Shown here: positions 1 to 7,582 of the stretch, piece after piece | Layout: every line of letters starts with the position of its first letter | Position numbering within the stretch: position 1 is the first letter of the stretch | From: Candidatus Rokuibacteriota bacterium | Lineage (GTDB): Bacteria; Methylomirabilota; Methylomirabilia; Rokubacteriales; CSP1-6 | Direction of reading: 5' to 3' | DNA length: 34,380 bases | Assembly: GCA_050731995.1 (NCBI GenBank) | Contig: JBOHQB010000231.1 | Coordinates: 1 to 34,380 of the forward strand | Notes under the pieces: generated by a model | What the model was told of the DNA's origin: nothing | The model's input: the letters and a program-made list of their open reading frames with translations, nothing else | Databases searched by the model: none | Made by a program: the position numbers and the translations under genes

Positions 1-145
1 CCGCCTTCCCGCACGGCCCGTCCCTTGGACGGGAGCACGCGCGTGCCGCCCACGTCCACCACGGTCGGATAGTGGACGCAACCGCCGAGCGCCACCGCCG
101 CCGCGCAGGCACGGAGGGCCACGATGACGAGCGCCCGGCGCCGGA

Positions 146-1465
146 TCACCGGCCGAAGGCCCCGTCGGCGACCATCGCCACGAAGGCGCGGCCGTACGCG
201 CGCGCGGTAAGGTCAAGATCCTCGTCCGTGTGGAAGGCCGAGATCCAGCCGTGGTTCGTCGAGCAGTCGACGCCCTGGTTGAGGAGCGCGCACCGCAACA
301 AATGATAGAGCGCGCCCTTGCGCGGCCGGTCGAAGCCGGCGAGTCCCGGCTTGCCCTCGAACGACACGTGGTAGATGGACGCCTCACCGTAGCAGGTGCC
401 GGGCGCGCCGGCGCGCTTGAGAGCGTCGGCGAGCGCCGCGCGGAGCTGGTCGCCGGCCTTGTTGGCGCGCGCCTGCAGCGACGCGTCGCTGCAGAGCTCG
501 AGCGTGGCGATCGCGGCCGCGGCGCTGAGCGGGTTGGCGTTGAACGTGCCGGCGTGAGCGACGCGCTGACCCCGGTCCCAGTCCGGGTCGCCCCGGAACG
601 CCAGCATCGACATGAGCGCGCGGCTGCCGGACAGCGCGCCGCCGGGCAGGCCGCCCGCGACGATCTTGGCCAGGGTCGTGAGGTCGGGCGTGACGCCGTA
701 GTACTCCTGCGCGCCGCCCGGCGCGTAGCGGAACCCCGTGATCACCTCGTCGAAGATCAGCACGACGCCGTGGCGCGTCGTCCGCGCGCGCAGCTCTTGA
801 AGATAGCCGGGGATCGTCGGCGTCGTCCCGGACTGGCCCCCGGCGGGCTCGAGAATCACCGCGGCGATGTCGCCGCGCTCCAGCGCGACCTCGACCGCCT
901 TGACGTCGTTCGGCGGGCAGATCACCACCTGGTCGAGCGTCGCGCCGGGGATCCCCGCGGACATCGGCACGTCGTACGGCGGATTCACGGCCGCGACGGC
1001 TCCGTCGTGCCAGCCGTGGAAATGGCCCGCGAGCTTTACGATCCGGGGCCGGCCCGTGAAGGCGCGGGCGACCCGCATCGCCAGGTGCGTCGCCTCGGTG
1101 CCCGACATCGTGAAACGCGTGAGCTCCGCGCACGGCACGAGACGGTTGACGAGCTCCGCCCAGCGCACTTCGAGCTCGTGGCACGCACCCACGTGCGTAC
1201 CCCGCGCCACCTGCGCCTGGACCGCCTGGACGACGGCGGGGTGACAGTGGCCGAGGAACAGGGCGCCGTGACCCATCCAGTAGTCGATGTACTCGTGGCC
1301 GTCCACGCTCCACTTGCGCGTGCCCTGCGCGCGCTCGATGTAGACGGGGAAGGGCTGCAGGTGGCGGATGTCGTGGGTGATCCCGCCCGGGATCGCGGCG
1401 CGCGCGCGCTCCGCCAAGGCGGCCGATTTCGGATGTCTCGCGCGGTACTCGTCGAGGATGCTCAT
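146..1465 (-). CDS. PLP-dependent class-III aminotransferase, glutamate-1-semialdehyde 2,1-aminomutase-like
   Basis: Trimmed from ORF 146..2539. ATG at 1465 gives MSILDEYRARHPKSAALAERA... (439 aa). Family-typical strings: GGITHD, YIDYWMGHGALFLGH, FTMSGTEATHLAMRVARAFTGR, LIFDEVITGFR and TLAKIVAGGLPGG (PLP-lysine context as in HemL-type enzymes). The 358 codons upstream in the listed ORF are Arg/Gly/Pro shadow sequence. Confidence 0.85.
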   Translation of the reverse strand: MSILDEYRARHPKSAALAERARAAIPGGITHDIRHLQPFPVYIERAQGTRKWSVDGHEYIDYWMGHGALFLGHCHPAVVQAVQAQVARGTHVGACHELEVRWAELVNRLVPCAELTRFTMSGTEATHLAMRVARAFTGRPRIVKLAGHFHGWHDGAVAAVNPPYDVPMSAGIPGATLDQVVICPPNDVKAVEVALERGDIAAVILEPAGGQSGTTPTIPGYLQELRARTTRHGVVLIFDEVITGFRYAPGGAQEYYGVTPDLTTLAKIVAGGLPGGALSGSRALMSMLAFRGDPDWDRGQRVAHAGTFNANPLSAAAAIATLELCSDASLQARANKAGDQLRAALADALKRAGAPGTCYGEASIYHVSFEGKPGLAGFDRPRKGALYHLLRCALLNQGVDCSTNHGWISAFHTDEDLDLTARAYGRAFVAMVADGAFGR

Positions 1466-2385
1466 CGCGGCCCCCATGATACCCCGAGCAGCGCGACGAC
1501 CGCCTCGTGGACCTCGACGGGGAAGCCGTCCACGGTGGTCTCGCGCCGCCGGGTGACGCCGTCGACGGCCCCCGCGGCGACGCACGCCTCGATCATCCGC
1601 CGCTCCTGGGCCGGCGAGTGCAGGAGTGGCCGGCGCGACAGGCGCGCCAGCGCCGCGACGATCCCGTACGCGCCCCAGTTCGACACGCCGGCGACGACCA
1701 GGTGGTCGGCCTTGACAACCGACGCGACACGCGCCATCGGACCCCCCGCGCGCAGGAGCCGCGCGCGCGCGCTTCCCATGCCGACCTCGTTGCCGCCGTC
1801 CCCGACGCCGACCGTGACCGCCCGCGAGCGCGCCAGGAACAGCTCGTCGAGCGGCAGGTTCAGCGCGGCGACGGACTGGCCGCGCATGTTCACATAGTCG
1901 CCGGCCCGGTTGCGCCCGGGACGCTCGATCGCGACGAGGTGCGTCGGCCGCTCGGCCGCGAGCAGCGCGCGGGCGGCGTGCGGCGCGTCGGCGTACTCGA
2001 CGATGTCGGGCGCCTCGTCGAGGACCGAGAGCGCCGCGGCGAGCAGCGGGACGACCGGACGGTCCGTCACCCAGCGCACGCGGGCGCCGAGCGCGCGGAG
2101 CGCCCGGCCCAGCGCCGCGGCGCCCGGCGGGCCGTCGGTCTCGGCGAGGCCCGGCTCGACGCAGAAGCCCGTGACGATCAGCACGCGACGGGCGCGGCGC
2201 AGCGCCCGCGCAGCCGCGGCAGCCGCCCCGGGACGGAAGATCGTCGCGATACCGCGGTCGCCGGGGTCCAGAGCGATGAGGTGATCGATCGCGTCCCACG
2301 TCTGCGCGGGCGTCGGCACGAGGCCAGACGCTATCACCCGCCGGCGTCCAACGCCAACACCTGCCGGGCGCGCGGGGTCGTACAA
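1462..2385 (-). CDS. DUF4392 / D-glutamate cyclase-like domain protein
   Basis: ORF 1462..2385 (307 aa). GDGGNEVGMG and VAGVSNWGAYG strings and the overall layout recall the DUF4392 (D-glutamate cyclase C-terminal-like) family. ATGA stop/start overlap with the aminotransferase (1462-1465). The listed start at 2385 is TTG; an in-frame GTG at 2337 (VIASGLVPTPAQTWD...) is an alternative. Confidence 0.7.
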   Translation of the reverse strand: MYDPARPAGVGVGRRRVIASGLVPTPAQTWDAIDHLIALDPGDRGIATIFRPGAAAAAARALRRARRVLIVTGFCVEPGLAETDGPPGAAALGRALRALGARVRWVTDRPVVPLLAAALSVLDEAPDIVEYADAPHAARALLAAERPTHLVAIERPGRNRAGDYVNMRGQSVAALNLPLDELFLARSRAVTVGVGDGGNEVGMGSARARLLRAGGPMARVASVVKADHLVVAGVSNWGAYGIVAALARLSRRPLLHSPAQERRMIEACVAAGAVDGVTRRRETTVDGFPVEVHEAVVALLGVSWGPR

Positions 2386-2801
2386 TGCGCGGTATGAGGC
2401 GCGGCCCGTCGAGCACGCTCGGGCTCATGGTCGGCGTCGCGCTGCTGGCGGCGGGGTGCGCCGGCACGCGGGCCGACGACTCTCCGCTGCCGGACGTCGC
2501 CGGGACGTGGGTAGGCTCCATCGCCCCGGTCGGCGGCATCCTCGCGACGATGGCGGGCGTCGGTGCCGGCGAGGTCCGGATGATCCTCGTTCAGCGCGGT
2601 CGCGCGGTGTCGGGCGAGGTCGCGCTTCCGGGCGCCCGCGGCACGCTCAGCGGGGCGCTCTACGAAAATGAGTTCGGCGGGTCGTTCACCGGGCGGACGG
2701 GCCAGGGCGCGGGCGACGTTCCGGTGACCCTCACAGTGACAGGCGATCACATGAAGGGCTTCGTCGAGTACTCGCCCATCACCCTGCGGCGGGCGCGGTA
2801 G
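2385..2801 (+). CDS. small lipoprotein, function unknown
   Basis: MRGMRRGPSSTLGLMVGVALLAAGC/AGT has a basic n-region, a hydrophobic core and the lipobox LAAGC. Third-codon positions are strongly G/C. Start is ATG 2385 or ATG 2394. TACAAT (2381-2386) lies 7 nt before ATG 2394, which would be compatible with a leaderless mRNA. Confidence 0.6.
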   Translation: MRGMRRGPSSTLGLMVGVALLAAGCAGTRADDSPLPDVAGTWVGSIAPVGGILATMAGVGAGEVRMILVQRGRAVSGEVALPGARGTLSGALYENEFGGSFTGRTGQGAGDVPVTLTVTGDHMKGFVEYSPITLRRAR

Positions 2802-2815
2802 CGATCGGGACGGCG

Positions 2816-4618
2816 TCACCCGCCGGTGTCGTACAGCGACACCTGCCACGGTACCAGCGGCGCGGCTCCGCCCCCGCCGGCGAAGCGCGATTCCTCGCTG
2901 TCGAGCAGCAATCGCCACGCCGCGTCCGGTGCCCACGTCCGGCGCTCGGCCGAAAGATTGGCGACCAGCCGGACGCGCGCGCCCGACGGCGCCGCGCGCG
3001 CGAGGGTGAGCACGGCGCCGTCGGCGTCCCACGCGGCGTGCGCCCCCTCCTTGGCGCCGCAGCCGAGCGCCGGGTGCTCGCGGCGCAGCGACAGCCAGGC
3101 GCGGTAGTACTCCCGCAGCTCGCGGTGGCGCGGGACCTCGTCGAGCGCCGCGTGGAGGCGGGAGGCCTCGAACGTCGCGGCCAGCGCGGGGTCGGGGGCA
3201 GTGTCGTCCCAGCCGAACCGCGCGAATTCCCGCCGCCGGCCCCGCCGCGCGCCTTCCGTGAGGGCGGGATCGAGGAACGACGTGAAGAAGTGGAAGGGCG
3301 CCGTCTCGCCGTCCTCCTCGCCCATGAAGAGCAGCGGGATCGCGGGCGCGGCCAGGAGCAGCGCGACGGCGCACTTCACCGCGCCGAAGGGCACGAGCGC
3401 GCCGAGGCGGTCGCCGCGCGTCCGGTTGCCGACCGGGTCGTGGTTCTGCGCGAAGAAGACGACCCGCTCGCCGGGGAGATCGCGCGACGGCGTGCCGCGC
3501 GTCACGCCGTACCACGCCGACGGCTCGCCCTGGAAGGCGAACCCCTCGGCGAGCGCGCGCGTGAGACGCGCCGGATCCGCGTAGTCCGCGTAGTAGCCGC
3601 GGGCCTCGCCCGTGAGTCGCCGGTGCAGGGCGTGATGGAAGTCCTCGCACCAGACGGCGTCGAGCCCGAGCCCTCCCTCAGCGCGCGGCAGCACGAGGCG
3701 CCGGTCGTTGTCGTGCGACTCGGCGATCACGTGCACCGGACGGCCGAGCCGCGCCGCCTCGGCGCGCGCAGCCTCGGCGAGCTCGGTCAGGACATGGACC
3801 GGGCTCGAGTCGGCGATGGCGTGGGCCGCGTCGAGCCGGAGGCCGTCGACGTGGAACTCGCGCACCCAGAAGGCGGCGTTGTCGATCACGTGGCGACGCA
3901 CGCCGGCGGAACCCTCCCCGTCGAAGTTGACCGCGTCGCCCCACGGCGTCCGGCGGCGGCCGGTGAGGTACGGGCCGTACTCGCCGAGGTAGCAGCCCTC
4001 CGGGCCGAAGTGGTTGTAGACGACGTCGAGGATGACGCTGAGACCGTGGGCGTGGCACGCGTCCACGAAGCGCCGCAGGCCGCGGGGCCCTCCGTAGGAG
4101 GACTGCGGGGCGTAGAGGTGCGCGCCGTCGTATCCCCAGTTGCGCGCGCCGGGAAACTCGGCGACCGGCATCAGCTCCACGGCCGTCACGCCGAGATCCA
4201 CGAGCCGCGCCAGCCGGCCCGTCGCCGCCTCGAACGTGCCGGGCGCCGTGAACGTCCCGATGTGGAGCTCGTAGACGACGAGGTCGCCGAGCGCGTGGCC
4301 GCGAAGGCCTCCGTCGGTCCACGGAAAGCCCGCCGGGTCCACGACCGCCGACGGGCCGTGCACGCCCTGGGGCTGCCGGCGCGACCGCGGATCGGGCCGC
4401 TGACGCTCCGTATCCAACCGGTAGTAGTAGCGCGCCCCCGCCGCGACGCCCGCTAGTGTGGCCTCGAAGACGTCGTCCTCGCCGCGCACCAGCGGAACCG
4501 GCGCGCTCCCCCCCACGACCACGTCGACCGTCCGGCACCGAGGCGCCCAGACGCGAAAGGTCGCGCCATCGTCACGGAGCGTCGCGCCCAGATGGGTTCT
4601 TGCGCCGGACGCGCTCAT
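2816..4618 (-). CDS. treZ: malto-oligosyltrehalose trehalohydrolase (GH13)
   Basis: ORF 2816..4627. The listed start is TTG; ATG at 4618 gives MSASGARTHLGATLRDDGATFRVWAP... (600 aa). TreZ-typical strings: VYELHIGTFT, GVTAVELMPVAEFPGARNWGYDG, ILDVVYNHFGPEG, GLRLDA, FAQNHD. Confidence 0.85.
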   Translation of the reverse strand: MSASGARTHLGATLRDDGATFRVWAPRCRTVDVVVGGSAPVPLVRGEDDVFEATLAGVAAGARYYYRLDTERQRPDPRSRRQPQGVHGPSAVVDPAGFPWTDGGLRGHALGDLVVYELHIGTFTAPGTFEAATGRLARLVDLGVTAVELMPVAEFPGARNWGYDGAHLYAPQSSYGGPRGLRRFVDACHAHGLSVILDVVYNHFGPEGCYLGEYGPYLTGRRRTPWGDAVNFDGEGSAGVRRHVIDNAAFWVREFHVDGLRLDAAHAIADSSPVHVLTELAEAARAEAARLGRPVHVIAESHDNDRRLVLPRAEGGLGLDAVWCEDFHHALHRRLTGEARGYYADYADPARLTRALAEGFAFQGEPSAWYGVTRGTPSRDLPGERVVFFAQNHDPVGNRTRGDRLGALVPFGAVKCAVALLLAAPAIPLLFMGEEDGETAPFHFFTSFLDPALTEGARRGRRREFARFGWDDTAPDPALAATFEASRLHAALDEVPRHRELREYYRAWLSLRREHPALGCGAKEGAHAAWDADGAVLTLARAAPSGARVRLVANLSAERRTWAPDAAWRLLLDSEESRFAGGGGAAPLVPWQVSLYDTGG

Positions 4619-4647
4619 ACGGTCCAATTGAGCCGGGTCACTGCCCG

Positions 4648-6333
4648 ATGATCAAACCATTTTGCCTGGTGCTGCACACGCATCTCCCGATGGTCGTTAA
4701 CCACGGCCGCTGGCCGCACGGCAGTGACTGGCTGTGCGAGGCCACCTTCGAATGCTACCTGCCCCTGCTCGAGACCGCGCACCGGCTGGTCGCGGATGGG
4801 CTCTCGCCCAAGTGGACGATCAATCTCTCGCCGGTGCTGACCGAGCAGCTCGCCTCGCCGGAGTTCCAGAAGGAGCTCGCGTTCTACTACGAGAACGTGC
4901 GCCGCGCGTGCGTGGAGAGCCGCGAGCACTTCGCCCGGCAGGGCGAGAAAGAGATCGTCGCGCTCACGCACTTCTGGGAGCAGTTCTACGAGCGGATGTG
5001 GGAGCTGCACCGTCGTATCGGCGGTGACATCCCCGGCACCTTCGCCGAGCTGCAGCGCGCGGGCCACGTCGAGATCATCACCTGCGCGGCGACGCACGGC
5101 TACCTCCCGCTCCTCTCGCGCGACGAGTCCATCCATCTGCAGCTCCGGACGGCCGTCGAGACGCACCGCCGTCACTTCGGCAAGGCGCCACGCGGCATCT
5201 GGCTGCCCGAGTGCGCGTACCGGCCCCGCTACGAGTGGACGCCGCCGACGGGACACCTGCGGGGCCGCGACCGGCGCGTGCGCCCCGGCATCGAGGAGAT
5301 GCTCGCGGCGCACGGGCTCGAGTACTTCGTCGCCGACGCGCACCTCGTGGCGGCGGGCGAGCCGGTCTTCCTCTATCGCGATTACCTGCCGCGGCGCGGC
5401 CAGGCGCTCGAGCGCGCCCCCGCCGCGCCGCTCGGCGAGGCGCGCTCGCCTCACGAGGCTTATCGTGTGGCGTCGCGGGGCGGCACGGGCGGCGCCGTCG
5501 CCTTCATCCGCGACCCGCGCTCGATCCAGGTCTGGAGCCGCGACAACGGCTACCCGGGTGACTACCACTTCCTCGAGTTCCACAAGAAGCACTTCCCGGG
5601 CGGCCTCCGCTTCTGGCGGATCACCGACGCCTCCGGCGACCTCGGACGCAAGGTCGTCTACGAGCCCAAGACCGCGCTCGACAAGGTGGGGATGCAGGCG
5701 GGCCACTTTGCGAACCTCGTGCGCGAGACGCTCGAGCAGGCCGGCCCGCCCGGCTCGGCGCTCGTGTGCGCGCCCTACGACGCCGAGCTGTTCGGCCACT
5801 GGTGGTTCGAGGGTCCGGTGTGGCTCGAGCGCGTGGCGCGAGCGATGGCGCGCGAGGGCGTGACGCCGATGACGCTCTCCGAGGCCCTCGCGGCCGTCCC
5901 GCCGCGGGTCACGCTCACGCTGCCCGAGGGCTCGTGGGGCGAGGGAGGCGACCACCGCATCTGGCTCAACCGCGACACCGAGTGGACGTGGGACCGCGTC
6001 TACTCCACCGAGCACGAGTGGGCCGGGCAGCTCGCCCACCGGAACGGGTCGGCGGAGCACCGCCGGGTGCTCGCCCAGGCCGCGCGCGAGCTCCTGCTCC
6101 TGCAGTCCTCGGACTGGCAATTTCTCATAACGACGGGCTCGGCGCGCGACTACGCCGAGCGGCGCGTCGCCGAGCACTACGCGGAGTTCAAGCGCCTGAG
6201 CGAGCTGGCGACGGCGCTGCGCTCGGGCGAGCCGCTCTCGCCCGAGGCCGCGGGTGCGCTCCGGCGGCTCGAGCGGGAGGACTTCATCTTCCCCGACCTG
6301 GATCCCGCGTGGGCGGAGGCGCCGAAGGCGTGA
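4648..6333 (+). CDS. GH57-family 1,4-alpha-glucan branching enzyme (DUF1957-type C-terminus)
   Basis: Trimmed from ORF 4456..6333. ATG 4648 gives MIKPFCLVLHTHLPMVVNHGRWPHGSDWLCEATFECYLPLL... (561 aa). The N-terminal HTHLP...GRWP...EA..E.YLPLL pattern and WLPECAY / ELFGHWW strings are typical of Thermus/Thermococcus-type GH57 branching enzymes. Confidence 0.8.
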   Translation: MIKPFCLVLHTHLPMVVNHGRWPHGSDWLCEATFECYLPLLETAHRLVADGLSPKWTINLSPVLTEQLASPEFQKELAFYYENVRRACVESREHFARQGEKEIVALTHFWEQFYERMWELHRRIGGDIPGTFAELQRAGHVEIITCAATHGYLPLLSRDESIHLQLRTAVETHRRHFGKAPRGIWLPECAYRPRYEWTPPTGHLRGRDRRVRPGIEEMLAAHGLEYFVADAHLVAAGEPVFLYRDYLPRRGQALERAPAAPLGEARSPHEAYRVASRGGTGGAVAFIRDPRSIQVWSRDNGYPGDYHFLEFHKKHFPGGLRFWRITDASGDLGRKVVYEPKTALDKVGMQAGHFANLVRETLEQAGPPGSALVCAPYDAELFGHWWFEGPVWLERVARAMAREGVTPMTLSEALAAVPPRVTLTLPEGSWGEGGDHRIWLNRDTEWTWDRVYSTEHEWAGQLAHRNGSAEHRRVLAQAARELLLLQSSDWQFLITTGSARDYAERRVAEHYAEFKRLSELATALRSGEPLSPEAAGALRRLEREDFIFPDLDPAWAEAPKA

Positions 6334-7571
6334 GGCGTCGCGCGCGCGTGCTCGCCATGATCATGGCCGGCGGCAAGGGCGAGCGCCTCCACCCGCTGAC
6401 GCGCGACCGCTCGAAGCCGGCCGTCCCCTTCGGCGGGCGGTACCGCATCGTCGACTTCGTGCTCTCGAGCTTTGTCAACTCCGAGGTCCTCTCCATCTAT
6501 ATCCTCGTGCAGTACAAGTCGCAGTCGCTGATCGAGCACGTGCGCCAGTCGTGGCGCCCGACCGGCATCGTATCTGACCACTTCGTCACCGCGGTGCCGC
6601 CGCAGATGCGGTTCGGCCCCGCGTGGTACCGGGGCACGGCCGACGCGGTGCTCCAAAACCTCAACATCGTGGACGACTTCGGTCCCGACGTCGTCGCGAT
6701 CTTCGGCGCCGACCACATCTACCGGATGGACATCGGCCAGATGCTCGTCTACCACGAAGAGGCCGGCGCCGACGTCACGATCGCGGCGCGCGCGGTACCC
6801 CTGCGCGAGGCGTCGCAGTTCGGCGTCCTCGAGGTGGACCGAACCGGACGCGTCGTGCAGTTCGTCGAGAAGCCCGTCGTGCCCTTCGCGATGCCGGACG
6901 ACGCTGGACACGCGCTCGTCTCCATGGGCAACTACCTCTTCACGCGTCAGGCGCTGGTCGATGCGCTCCTCGCCGACGCGCGACGCTCCACCGACCACGA
7001 CTTCGGCCGCTCGATCATCCCCGAGATGGTCCCGTCCGGCCGCGTCTACGCCTACGCCTTCCAGCGGAACGAGGTTCCCGGCGTGAAGCCCTACGAGGAG
7101 CACGGCTACTGGCGCGACGTCGGCACGGTCCACGCCTACTGGGAGGCGCACATGGACCTGCTCGGCGAATCGCCGCGCTTCGATCTGGACAACCGTCACT
7201 GGCCGATCCACGCCGGCCACCACCCGGGGCCGCCGGCGCGCTTCATCGGCGGCGACGTCGACAACGCCCACATCGGCGAGGCGTCGCTCGTGAAGCGCGC
7301 GACCATCCGCAACTCGATCCTCGGCCGGTCGGTGTGGGTCAACGAGGGCGCCGTCATCGAGGACTCGATCGTCATGGATCACACGACGGTCGGCAAGGGC
7401 GCCCACATCCGCCGCGCGATCGTCGATCGCTTCAACATCATCCCGGCCGACGGTGAGATCGGCCTCGACCCCGTGCTCGACCGCCGGCGGCACTACGTGG
7501 ACGCGTCCGGGCTGATCGTCGTGCCGCGCGGCGGACGTCGCGAGTTCCTGCTGGGGCTCGAGGAGTTCTGA
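6330..7571 (+). CDS. glgC: glucose-1-phosphate adenylyltransferase
   Basis: Trimmed from ORF 5766..7571. VLAMIMAGGKGERLHPLTRDRSKPAVPFGGRYRIVDFVLSSFVNS is the canonical GlgC N-terminus, and a left-handed beta-helix-like C-terminus is present. Start is either GTG 6330 (GTGA overlap with the upstream stop, GGAGG 10 nt upstream) or GTG 6348 / ATG 6357. Confidence 0.9.
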   Translation: MRRRARVLAMIMAGGKGERLHPLTRDRSKPAVPFGGRYRIVDFVLSSFVNSEVLSIYILVQYKSQSLIEHVRQSWRPTGIVSDHFVTAVPPQMRFGPAWYRGTADAVLQNLNIVDDFGPDVVAIFGADHIYRMDIGQMLVYHEEAGADVTIAARAVPLREASQFGVLEVDRTGRVVQFVEKPVVPFAMPDDAGHALVSMGNYLFTRQALVDALLADARRSTDHDFGRSIIPEMVPSGRVYAYAFQRNEVPGVKPYEEHGYWRDVGTVHAYWEAHMDLLGESPRFDLDNRHWPIHAGHHPGPPARFIGGDVDNAHIGEASLVKRATIRNSILGRSVWVNEGAVIEDSIVMDHTTVGKGAHIRRAIVDRFNIIPADGEIGLDPVLDRRRHYVDASGLIVVPRGGRREFLLGLEEF

Positions 7572-7582
7572 GCGCGCGCGTG

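Noticed and set aside
146-2539. Single 797-aa protein spanning the aminotransferase and the region upstream. Similar N-terminal extensions occur on listed ORFs for GlgC (5766), GlgE (9037), the GH57 branching enzyme (4456), GGT (14404), the lipid kinase (22052), PBP2 (26998), MreC (28241) and CopA (20400).
   Set aside because: The extensions are low-complexity and overlap the real upstream gene in another frame. Each gene has an internal ATG or GTG that coincides with the family-typical N-terminus, often with an SD or a stop/start overlap.
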